NCBI RefSeq assembly: GCF_001194135.2
Contig: NC_068981.1
Coordinates: 104,183,681-104,224,095 of the forward strand
Source: Octopus bimaculoides
Lineage: Eukaryota
DNA: 40,415 bases
Reading direction: 5' to 3'
Positions 24,665 to 35,125 of this stretch are shown in pieces. How positions within the stretch are numbered: position 1 is the first letter of the stretch; each line of letters starts with the position of its first letter. The position numbers and the translations under genes are program-made. The notes under the pieces are model-generated. The model saw nothing but the letters and a program-made list of their open reading frames with translations, made no database searches and was not told the origin of the DNA.

Positions 24665-24850
24665 AAACATTTTCCTTGATCCTTTAACAGATCTGCCAAT
24701 TCACCACTTTGGATTGGTTTTTATCAATTCCAAATGGTTGAAAGGCAAAGTTGACTTCAGCAGGATTTGAACTCAGAGTTCAGAGTTGGAACAAATATCA
24801 TGGGCCATTCCATCCATCTCTCTAACCACTCTGCCAATTCACTGCTTTAA
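24665..24850 (-). mobile_element. Decayed SINE family B
   Basis: aaaggcaaagttgacttcagcaggatttgaactcaga...ctctgccaattcactgcttt. Confidence 0.65.
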
Positions 24851-26260
24851 TAGCTAGTGCATAAGCAAGATAGCAAAGCAGACCAAATACTCATGGACTA
24901 TGATATTTTGTTGTGTTTCTAAACAGACTACTGTACCCTTCTTTCTGATAACACTCCCTAACTTTTGGAAACAAGTAATAAATAACCTGGACATTTTACT
25001 TGTCACAGACAGACATTCTGTCCAAGAAGTGATTAATTTCTTCATTGCTTCATGTTTTAAAGCATTCTTCTCAGTGGTCCCTTTAAGTCTTAGCAATCAT
25101 TACTCAGTATGCCTTCAGCTTATCAGAATATCTTCAGGGAAAGATTAGTTTTCTAAAACTGAAATGGAAAATATACCAGCTGTTTTAGGACCTAAGCCCT
25201 ATTTTTTTTCTTTTTCTTTCTTTTTCTCTTTACTTCACTGTAGGAGCAACTGACATTACTGTTTTGAAAATAGTTACATGTCTTTTCGACAGTGAAAAAG
25301 TAGAGTGCTAAAACCACAAGTGTCAAGCAAACTGCCAAATGTTTAATGTCACACTGGCATTGTTGACATGTTTAAGGTGGAGTTCCAGTAGAACTGTGTT
25401 TAGATAACAAAACTAACTGAAATAATTCTACTCTAAAATTAAAACCAGGTCACGGATACTTACAGTGTTGTGTTCATGCCCTTCTGTAAATACACCTTGA
25501 AGACTTCCCATTACAGAGTTGTAGCTACTTAACTCAGGATAGAAAAGCTGGAGCAAGCAGATTGGTGCTATGGCATTATATAATGGCTATACTGAATATT
25601 ATTTTGTAATAATTATATATCATTGTGCATCAAAGTTGTACCTCTACAACTTATACTGTCTTTCATCATATCTCTTTGATGCATTTATAACCTGGTCACT
25701 GACACACTGTTAACTATATCTCCAAGAGAGAGTGAATTAGTATTTCACTAAACTCGTCATAGAGGTATGATGTGTTTACTGAGATTAGGTTTTGAAACCT
25801 AATAATATGTTATTACAAAATGGTAACAAATGAAAATTAATATAACATTGTATGTATGTTTAAAACACTAACAATGACTTTCCCATGATATAGTTCTTTT
25901 AATGTAAACATAAAATCACAGATTTAATAATTAACCAGGCACAATTGAAGAATTAGTATGTGTCCCAAAATAATTCCAATGGATGAAATGAATTCTGGAG
26001 TCAATATTTTCATTATGTGTTACAAAGAAAATATTCAGAATTATATGGTTTTGCTACACGCCATGTGATTCCTGAATTATTCTTGTTGAGTAGGCAACAC
26101 ACTAGTGTAACCGTTCAGTTTTATCTAATTTTATAGAGTTTGTTTATTATAAAATTGGTGTATATTTGGTTTCAAATTTTGGTATGAGACCAGCAATTTT
26201 TGGGGATTACATCAACTCCACCGAGCTCACCATCCTAAACTTTGTGTATATTAATACATA

Positions 26261-27452
26261 TATTGGGTTGTCCCATAAATAATGTGGTTTTTTTCAGTTG
26301 CATGAACTAAAAGTCAGAGGGGGATAGGATAAACTACTTGCATCAACTTGCTATAAAAGCAGGTAGTAATTTTACCTTGTCCTTATTCTTAGTGCAAGTT
26401 TTGAAGAGTGCAGTTCGATTTTAACAGTTATTTTTTCAAAGCTATAATGGAAATGGCAAAAAAGCATATTCAGCATATTTTGCTTTATGAGTTCAATAAA
26501 GGCAACATCACAACGGAAAGTGCAAGGAATATCAATGCAGTATATGGGGATTGGACAATAAGTGTAAGCCAGTGTCAACGGTGGTTCCAGAAATTACAAG
26601 CCAGAAACTACAGCTCAAAAAAATGAGCCTCATCCTGGAAGATTTGTAGAGCTCAGCGAGGACATCGTGCAAACCCTGGTGGAACAAAATACCATCGTAA
26701 CTGTTGAGGAACTAGCAGAGAAGTTTGGATTTGTTCATTCAACTATCCATCGACACCTGGGTGTCATTGGAAAAGTCAGCAAATTGGGTCAATGAGTTCC
26801 TCATGAACTTTCTGAGTCTAATCATGCACAGAGAGTGAATGTGGGCTCTTCTTTGCTGTTATGTCTCGTGAATGAATCTTTTGGGGACCAAAGACAGTGG
26901 GTAGGGATAGGAGAAACACAGGCACCCCAGGCTAAAGAAGGTCTTCACCCACATAAGGTATTATCTGTTTGGTGGGATATGAATTTTTAAACCCAAACCA
27001 AATGATAACAAAGGAGATCTACTGTGAGCAGCTTAAGTCAGTGCAAGAAGAAAAATGACCATCTTTGGTTTCAAGATGAAAGGTGTTCTTCCATCAGAAT
27101 AATGCTCAGCCACATACAGTGAGGATGACATTCCAAAGACTGCACAGTCTGAAAAGGAAATGAAGCCCCACCCACTATATTCACCAGACACTGCCCCATC
27201 TGATTATCATTTATTCCACAGTCTTCAAAATCATTTGGACAGAAAAAATTTGAATTCTGTAGATGAGGTCAGAACAGTACTGGAGGAGTACTTTTCATCA
27301 TGGACAAGTGAATTTTGGAAGTGAAATTTGCAAGTCTACCAGACCGATGGAAAAGCATTGTAGAAAATGAAGGAGAGTATATTCTAGATTAAAAAAGAAC
27401 ATTGTTTATCTTAAATTTGAAAAATAGAAGAATAATTTTAAAAACCACACTA
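26261..27452 (+). mobile_element. Mariner-family transposon, right TIR truncated
   Basis: TA then tattgggttgtcccataaataatgtggttttt. Only the inner part of the right TIR (aaaaaccacac 27440-27450) remains. Confidence 0.9.
26447..27392 (+). pseudogene. Mariner transposase pseudogene
   Basis: MEMAKKHIQHILLYEF...CQRWFQK, *VPHELSE, HQNNAQPHT, YSPDTAPSDYHLF, end ENEGEYILD*. Internal deletion through the TGDEKW region, plus stops and frameshifts. Confidence 0.9.
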
Positions 27453-27486
27453 TAAAAAATTTCTGTCGACTGCCTATGTTGTGTAG

Positions 27487-27516
27487 AGATTACAGTCACA
27501 GCTTAGTGTATGCTAG
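27487..27516 (+). CDS. Candidate 30-nt microexon, (R)DYSHSLVYA(R), phase 2-2
   Basis: tgcctatgttgtgtag|...GCTAG|gtatgc. Frame-preserving between 20692 and 34435. Unverified. Confidence 0.2.
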   Translation, partial: RLQSQLSVC

Positions 27517-27665
27517 GTATGCTGCTATTCTAAGGAGCAAACGTTAGGATTGATATTTTTAATGTAAATGTGCAACTGTTATTTGCATGTTGATAGATGT
27601 AGTTACAGGCAGGTTTTTTTTTTTTTCCATTTTCCATGTAGACTCTAGTAATGTATAAATGTACA

Positions 27666-27765
27666 TAGTAATCTGAATACATACTTAAAGTATATATGCT
27701 GTTGAAACTACAGTTTAGAATGCTTTCAACAGTATATATACTTTAAGTATATATACAGATTGCTA
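27666..27765 (+). other. 42-bp inverted repeat (hairpin), 16-nt loop
   Basis: Arms 27666-27707 and 27724-27765: 38 Watson-Crick pairs, 2 G-U, 1 C-A and 1 A-A mismatch on the + strand. Confidence 0.9.
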
Positions 27766-28199
27766 ATTTGAACTAAAACTGCTTCCATTGCTAATATGTT
27801 TTTATGGGATTTATTGGGGGTTTTTTTTTTTAATTCTTGTATCTAAAACTGAAAATTTCTTGTTTGCTTCTAATCATGAATTGTAATAGAGAATTTTATT
27901 TTTAGTGTATGTTTTTCAGTCAAGTTTCATATTTGTTACATAAGCAAACTTGTTAATCTTACATACTTTCAGTATATTTTCAGATTTTAAGTTAGAATTG
28001 TTTTGCTCTTCATTTCCTCCTTGTCTTCCACTTAGAAGATAGTGAATAAAGATCCCAAAGGAGAATCTCTAAACATTCCATCTGTCTAAAGATAGAGCTT
28101 ATGGAATAGCTCTCCTTTGGTACTCACTTTTGACAAACATGTGTGTGTGTGTGCCTATTTTGTACAATCAATAGATGTTTCAGTCTTGTACAATTATCA

Positions 28200-28339
28200 T
28201 ACATTTGTTTGATAGTAGTGTCTATTGTGGAATCTGCAGAGATATTTGTAAAGAAGTTTTCTTTGTCTAAGGATACCAGTTTACTCTTTGATTTAGTTGT
28301 ATTTAGGGTGTGTATATATTCTTCGGTTGATTTTATCAT
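28200..28339 (-). mobile_element. Penelope-like element RT relic
   Basis: IKSTEEYIHTL...KLVSLDKENFFTNISADSTID matches the PLE RT motif S..EFI..L...L.SLDV.SLFTN.P..ETI. Confidence 0.7.
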
Positions 28340-28461
28340 GTATTTATAACCTTTTACTGTTGATTTTATAATGTTCTGCTTTTGTGTTAAGTTGTTTCAT
28401 TATCCACAAGCTTATTCAGTTGTTAGATACAGGTCAAAGAATATAGTCTTATTGTATAAGG

Positions 28462-28832
28462 TCCTTTAACTTTTATTTGTTTCAGGTATTGGATTTTGGC
28501 CATACAGAGCCACCACATTGGAGGGTTTAGTTGAATAAATCAACCCCAGGATTTTTTATTTTAAATTCAGGTACTTATTTTATCAACCTGTTTTACCAAA
28601 CCATAAGCTACAGGGATGTAAACAAACCAACACCATTTAGTTGTGGTCAAGTGGTGATGGTGAAGAAACAAAAAACAGCACACACACATGAACTCTTGAC
28701 AGGTTTCTTTCAGTTTCTGCCTACTACATCCATTCACAAAGGCTTTTGTTGACTTAGGATTATAATAGAAGACACATACCCAAGGTGCCATGTAGTGGGA
28801 CTGAACCTAAAATCATGTGGTTGGGAAGCAGT
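28462..28832 (-). mobile_element. SINE family A
   Basis: cttttatttgtttcagg tail, gaagacacatacccaaggtgccatgtagtgggactgaacc head. Confidence 0.8.
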
Positions 28833-29599
28833 ACACCATAGTTGTTTCAGATATTTTATATCCATGTTTCTATATCATGCTTTGAACACTTCATGTGAAA
28901 TGCATCTTTCATAAGCTTAAAGAGACTTTATATTTCTATCACTATAAACATGACTATTATCAAGAAAATATTTAAAACAAAAACAAAAACAATTCTCAAC
29001 TTGCAGCTATTTCTGAACTGTGTGTTATCATCTGCTATTGCTGTTTTTATTGTATTGATTAAGTCACCTAAATAATGATGAAACTTACCTATTATCATGT
29101 AGTATTCAGTTGCAGGTTGTAGTTTATGTAATAAATGGCTTGAGTGCATTAAAATATCTCATTTTAGGACCTATTAAAGCTGATTAGTTTGAAAGCAAAT
29201 AAAGAATTAATTGGCTATTAATCAAAATAGATTGGCTAAAGAGAATCGATACTTTTCATATTGATTATTAGTGCTCTAACAGCCTTTTCTGGCTCATAGA
29301 CCTGCACCATTACTGGTATAAATGAACATTTATATATTTATTAATTATTATTTTTAATTTAAAAGAAAATTATTTTCTTTTCTATTTAGTGAAAAAAGGA
29401 AAAGGTGAAGCTTTCATTAGCAGTTGACTCATAAATCACTGTTAAGCTATGGATTAGAGTAGCAATTGATAGATGAGAAATGATTCTTTCTACTCCTTTG
29501 GGTTTCATTCCTGTTTATCACCAAGAAATTTTCAAGAAATTTTTCTAGTAGTTCTGTGTTATTTATTTGGTGATTTCGCTGTTACCTAGAAAATCCAAC

Positions 29600-29810
29600 T
29601 TATGGTTACAGGTTCAGTCCTACTGTGTGGCACCTTGGTGTGTTTATGTTCCCATAACTTAGCAATTCAGCAAAAGAGATTGATAGAATAAGTACCAGGT
29701 TTAAAAAAAAAACAATGTATTGGAGTTGATTCCTTCGACTAAAAATTCTCCAAGGCAGTGCCCCAGCACAGCTACAGTCAAATAATTGAAATAAGTAAAA
29801 GATAAAAGAT
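29600..29810 (+). mobile_element. SINE family A with internal deletion
   Basis: ggttcagtcctactgtgtggcaccttgg joined directly to tgtttatgttcccataacttagc...gaaataagtaaaagataaaaga. Confidence 0.75.
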
Positions 29811-29886
29811 ATATTTATATATATATATATATTTATAAGTCAGTAAATAGTGGGGTTGTGTTAACCGCACGTGGAGAAATAATAGG

Positions 29887-30751
29887 AAAATGAAAAATAA
29901 TAATACGGCAGAATGCTAAACTGAAAGCATATTTTAATATAGATGTGTAAAAAGGATTTCTAATCGGCTTTCATTGCATGGCAAATTATCAAGAAGAGGG
30001 AGAATGAAAATGTTTTTTACAAAAAAGTAAAAAATAATATATAAAAAAATAAATATACCAATACATTATATTGTCTTTGAGCTTTTAAAGTTCAATGGTA
30101 ATCCATGTAGATANNNNNNNNNNNNNNNNNNNNNNNNNNNNNNNNNNNNNNNNNNNNNNNNNNNNNNNNNNNNNNNNNNNNNNNNNNNNNNNNNNNNNNN
30201 NNNNNNNNNNNNNNNNNNNNNNNNNNNNNNNNNNNNNNNNNNNNNNNNNNNNNNNNNNNNNNNNNNNNNNNNNNNNNNNNNNNNNNNNNNNNNNNNNNNN
30301 NNNNNNNNNNNNNNNNNNNNNNNNNNNNNNNNNNNNNNNNNNNNNNNNNNNNNNNNNNNNNNNNNNNNNNNNNNNNNNNNNNNNNNNNNNNNNNNNNNNN
30401 NNNNNNNNNNNNNNNNNNNNNNNNNNNNNNNNNNNNNNNNNNNNNNNNNNNNNNNNNNNNNNNNNNNNNNNNNNNNNNNNNNNNNNNNNNNNNNNNNNNA
30501 TGCATCCTAATCTTTCTAACAACTATCTACATGGATTACCATTGAACTTTAAAAGCTCAAAGACGATATAATGTATTGGTATATTTATTTTTTTTATATA
30601 TTATTTTTTACTTTTTTGTAAAAAACATTTTCATTCTCCCTCTTCTTGAAAATTTGCCATGCAATGGAAGCCAGTTAGAAATCCTTTTTACACACCTATA
30701 TTAAAATATGCTTTCAGTTTAGCATTCTGCCTTATTATTATTTTTCATTTT
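29887..30751. repeat. ~227-bp inverted repeat flanking an N-gap (probable inverted PLE-type terminal repeats)
   Basis: 29887-30113 is the reverse complement of 30524-30751, with several substitutions and a 1-nt indel. A third copy starts at 37469. Confidence 0.85.
29958..29995 (-). ncRNA. Variant minimal hammerhead-like motif (U3:A8 core)
   Basis: Minus strand: ttc-TTGATAA-t-ttgc-cat-gcaa-t-GAAA-g-ccga-t-TA-gaa. Confidence 0.4.
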
Positions 30752-30753
30752 TG

Positions 30754-30783
<30 letters not shown>

Positions 30784-30786
<3 letters not shown>

Positions 30787-32044
30787 TAGGGTGTTCAAAA
30801 AATGAATGTCTTTTATCAGAAAGGATATATAAACGAATGTAAACTACATTTATCAGAATAGTTTTAATCAAGAACGTAATCACCATCATTTTCACCAACT
30901 GCAGCCCAATGGGAAAGTAACTTTTTTATGCTACATTCAAAGAAACCTATTTCTCTTCCAGAAAAAAGTCTGAAAGACTGTTTTCAACTTCCTCACTGTT
31001 TCTGAATGTTTTGTCTCTTATAAAATGTTCTAGTGATTGAAACATATGGAAATCTGTAGGTACTAAGTCAGGTAAGTATGGAGGATGTGGAAGAATGTCC
31101 CATCCTAATGATCTTATTTTTTTCTTGGGTTTATTTTGAAGAGTGTAGCTATGCCTTGTCATGCTGGAGAAAGACACCTTTTCTGTTTACCACAGCTGAC
31201 CTCTTTCAACATAATTTTTCGTTCACTTGATCAAATTGTTAGCAATAAACATCTGCATTGATAGTCCTCTGATGTTCCAGTAGCTCATAATGGATGATAC
31301 CTTTCATGTTCAACCAAACACAGAGCAAGGATTTTTGTGGTTGGAGTTCTGGTTTTGGTGTTGACACTGGCCTCTCATTATATTCATTTTCTGTTGTGAT
31401 GCAAAGCCTATTTTTGATCACCTGTAACAATGCGCTGCAGAATTGATACGTTATTATTCCTGGTTAGAAGACTGCTGCCAATGGTAGAATGTTGTGTTCT
31501 GTTTCCAAGCATAAGCTCATGTAGCACCCAAATTCCCTCTTTGCATATTTTCCCATTTTGCTTGAGATGTTTGTGGATAGTTGAATATGACACATTAAAT
31601 TTTTGTGCCAAAACTGTGGTGCTTTAACATGGATCCAATACAATAGTCTCAATCAAAAAGCCATCACTCAGAGTGGGTCATCTTCCAAAGTGAGGCTTAT
31701 TGGATATGTTACAATCATCATCTTTAAACCTTTTAAGTCACTGTTGACATGTACGACCTATCACTGCATCCGGATACACTTCACAAATATTTTTCGTTGC
31801 TTCTATAATGGTACTTTTCTTTTAAAACTTATACCGTAAGCAATGGAATCTATGTTGTTTCATAAAGTTCTTATCCTCCATGGGATTAATTACCAAAATT
31901 ATTATGAATGACACACTGCTGGATAAAAGAGATGATATACTATTTCTAGACAGTTCCTGCCCATTCAACTTTGGCTCTGATGTGATTCGTTGATTCACAT
32001 TTCATAGTGGTGAAAACATGTAATTACTTTCCAAACACCCCTAA

Positions 32045-32046
<2 letters not shown>
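30784..32046 (-). mobile_element. Full-length decayed mariner-family transposon
   Basis: TIRs tattagggtgtt (30784) and aacacccctaata (to 32046), in TA-rich flanks. Confidence 0.9.
30864..31881 (-). pseudogene. Mariner (DD34D) transposase pseudogene
   Basis: MEDKNF...LRYKF*...TCQQ*LKRFK, RIVTGDQK, LLCVWLNMKGIIHYELL, HPPYLPDLVPTDFHMF, end ENDGDYVLD*. Confidence 0.9.
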
Positions 32047-32080
<34 letters not shown>

Positions 32081-32197
32081 TGTGTGTGTGTGTATACATG
32101 GGTGTGTGTGTTTATGTTTCCTTGTCTTAACAGGGTAGTTTTAAATTAGTGTCACTGTCACACAATTAGTGTCAATTATTTCCAATAGTTTGTGAAA

Positions 32198-32420
32198 ACA
32201 AGGCAGCAAGTTGGCAGAAACGTTAGCATGCTGGGTGAATTGCTTAGCAGTATTTTGTCTGTCTTTATGTTCTGAGTTCAAATTCTGCTGAGGTCGACTT
32301 TGTCCTTCATCCTTTCGGGGTCGATAAATTAAATACCAGTTGTGTACTAGGATCAATCTACTCAACTGGCGCCCTCCCCAAAAATTTCAGGCCTTGTGCC
32401 TAGAGTAGAAAAGAATATTT
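32198..32420 (+). mobile_element. Full-length SINE family B
   Basis: ggcagcaagttggcagaaacgttagc A-box, gagttcaaattc B-box, ccttcatcctttcggggtcgataaattaaataccag, end ggccttgtgcctagagtagaaaagaatatt. Confidence 0.9.
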
Positions 32421-32424
32421 TGGG

Positions 32425-32715
32425 AAAACACGTTTGGCCATGGGGAAATATTACCTTATTTGGAAACATGTGAGGGTTGGCAATGGGGTGGGGGCGTCCA
32501 ACTGTAAAAAAATATGCCTCAATAAACTGTCTTGACTCTTATAAGCATGGAAAAGCAGGCATTAAAACAGCAGTGATTTAATGTCTGTTTTCCATGCTGG
32601 CATGGGTTGGATGGTTTGACAGGAGCTGAGCAGTTGAAGGGCTGTTCAGGTTCCATGTCAGTTTTGGCATGGTTTCTATAGTTGGATACCCTTCTGAACA
32701 CCAAACATTTTACAG
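32425..32715. mobile_element. Two tail-to-tail SINE family F fragments
   Basis: + copy ends gcatggaaaagcaggcattaaa (~32575). The - copy begins tttaatgtctgttttccatgctggcatggg. Confidence 0.65.
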
Positions 32716-33014
32716 ATGAAAATTTTGAAAATTCTATGTGAAAGTATTTGAAACTTTGTCATTGACTTTATAATAGTGAATTGTTCTATTGTATCTGTTC
32801 ACTGTCAGTTGGTTTACAAATACCATGATACCATGCACTGCTGGTAATGGATTACAAACAAACAATTTTTTAGCTAGTTGTTTTATTCCTTACACATTCG
32901 TCTGTCCATGTCTTCTCTAACACACTAATTGTTTGTGTTTTTATACATAAAATGCAATTTTCTTTAAATAAGGTGCTGCCATCTTCTATTCTGGATGCTG
33001 GCTAACTCAACCAC

Positions 33015-33270
33015 CATTATCATCATCATCATCATTTAATGTTTGTTTTCTATGCTGGTATGGGTTGGATGGTTTAACAGGAGCTGGCAAGCCAGAAGAC
33101 TGCACCAGGCTTCGCTGTCTGCTTTGGCATGGTTTTTACGGCTGCATGCCCTTCCTAATGCCAACTACCTTACAGAGTGGCCTGAATGCTTTTTATGTGG
33201 CACCAGTGCTGGTGAGGTCTGTTTTGGCATGGTTTTTTACTGTTGGATGCTCTTCTTAAAACCTACCACT
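33015..33270 (-). mobile_element. SINE family F 3' part
   Basis: (cat)n-ttaatgtttgttttctatgctggtatggg...gcccttcctaatgccaac. Confidence 0.7.
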
Positions 33271-33680
33271 AGGCAGTAGCACTCCAACCCCTTGTGGATA
33301 TTGTGAGCTCTCAAGAGGGTAGTAAATGAGTTTCTGGGTGTTTAGAGATGTCATGATTTAGAAATAAAATATTTAAACTAGACACAAATACTTATATTTC
33401 AAACACATTTTCAAAAGCAATCTTTCTTGGGTTTAGGATTTGAGTCAGACAGTGAGAAGATGATGTGTCAGGGTCCAATATAATCTTATGTCACTTCTTG
33501 TCTTCTTAAGTAATTTTCATAAAAAATTAGATAAGGACACTAGTCCACACAAATATATAAAAGTGGTATACATTATGGATTGGATAGTGTTATAAACTAT
33601 GGTTTTTATTCCTTTTGTTTTATGCAAAGCATGCACATATGTTTTCTCAATTATACTGCATTCAAGATTTACTTGATTTT

Positions 33681-33902
33681 TTATGAAGCTATGGGTTTCA
33701 TATAATATGAGTAGAGGAGCTGCACTCTATTGTTCACAGTCTCTAACCAAAGTTCAGTATCAAGTACTGGGAGCCTATTGTTGGGGTGTTTAGTCAGGTA
33801 ATCTATAGTTACCTTGATACTTTGGTGGATGGAGTTAGCTATTTGCTGGATGCTCTCCATTACGTTCCTTTCTGTTTCTACATGACCGTCACTGATCGCC
33901 AT
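33681..33902 (-). mobile_element. Penelope-like element RT thumb relic
   Basis: IQQIANSIHQSIKVTIDYLTKHPNNRLPVLDTELW...LYSYYMKPIAS matches the PLE N.IH..I..T.D/E....N..LP.LD....Y.KP motif. Confidence 0.8.
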
Positions 33903-34434
33903 GGTGAAGAGTCAAAATACATTCTACATTCTTTATATGCAAAATCTTAAATGTTAAATTTTAGATTTTAATTTTAAGTCACCTGCTCATCAATAAAAAA
34001 CGCATCTGAAACAGCTGTAAAGAACCTCAGCCTATTTGTGTTATTTATATATATAACATATTTTAACTTCTAAAGGCAAAATCGCTACAGTTAGTGCAGG
34101 GAAAAAAAATTCTCACTTACTGTAAAAGGTCTTATCTGCTCAGTGTCTTCTCCTATTGGACTCCCAGACACATGTTTGGCTACTTAACCTTCCTTAGTAG
34201 GTGATACCAAAGAGAGACAGACATGGGCAGATTCTAATGTCATGACTGTATATTAGAACAGTCAATATGAATGACTGATTGTGCTTGCAGACCACTTAGT
34301 AACAATAAATACAATAGTACCAGTTAGAATATGTCATAAATATGTTTTAACTGACCTAAGGTTTGTTTATTTATCATCATTGCTTAGCACTGATACTACT
34401 CTGTGTGAGTGTTTCTTTAGAGCTGACATTTCAG

Positions 34435-34574
34435 GCAGTTAAATGCGTCTGTTGGTAGATCTTCTAATAGTAGAAGACTTACCATGTGCAATGGTAGACC
34501 AAACAGACTGGTGAGAATGAGTCAGAGCAATTTAGATGATGATGGCATGTCTGTTCATTCAGAAAAATTATACA
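34435..34574 (+). CDS. Candidate internal coding exon (140 nt): (R)QLNASVGRSSNSRRLTMCNGRPNRLVRMSQSNLDDDGMSVHSEKLY
   Basis: Branch-like gctgac and tttcag| acceptor, strong donor ACA|gtatgt. Fully open frame whose phase-2 start completes the AG left by the 20692 exon (AGG, Arg). Product unidentified. Confidence 0.6.
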
Positions 34575-34624
34575 GTATGTATTGAGTGCTTTTTTCCCCT
34601 GTATGTACACCAAAATGTGTATGT

Positions 34625-34824
34625 GCATGTCTAGATAGATAAATAGACAGACAGACAGACTGAGATAGTTTGATAGATATAGAAAGAGGGAGGGAGGGAT
34701 GGATATATTGGTGGATAGAGAGATGGATGGATAGGTTTGTGAATAGATAGAAATATAGATCGATGCTTAGGTAGGTAGGTAGATAGATAGATAGAAGCTT
34801 GCATAGACAGATAGCTGCAGAGAT

Positions 34825-34855
<31 letters not shown>

Positions 34856-35052
34856 CATATATACATACATACATACATACATACATAGACAGATAGATGC
34901 ATAGATAGTTATAGATAGAAGCATCGACAGACACATGCATGCATGCATACATACATAGACTGACAGATTGATGCATAGATAGTTATAGATATAGATAGAT
35001 GCATAGACAGACAGACAGACACAAACATACATACATACATACATATAGAAAC

Positions 35053-35085
<33 letters not shown>

Positions 35086-35125
35086 TAAATATAGATATAT
35101 ATAGAAACAGAGATAGACAGATAGG
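34625..35125. repeat. Compound (AGAT)n/(ACAT)n/(AGAC)n tetranucleotide microsatellite
   Basis: Directly visible repeat tracts. Source of the YLSIYL ORFs. Confidence 0.95.

Noticed and set aside
24854-25148. Overlapping 80-aa ORFs on both strands
   Set aside because: No usable splice sites in the open frames and no recognisable motif.
30085-30571. ORFs of X residues, also 37469-38341
   Set aside because: Artefacts of translating N-gaps.
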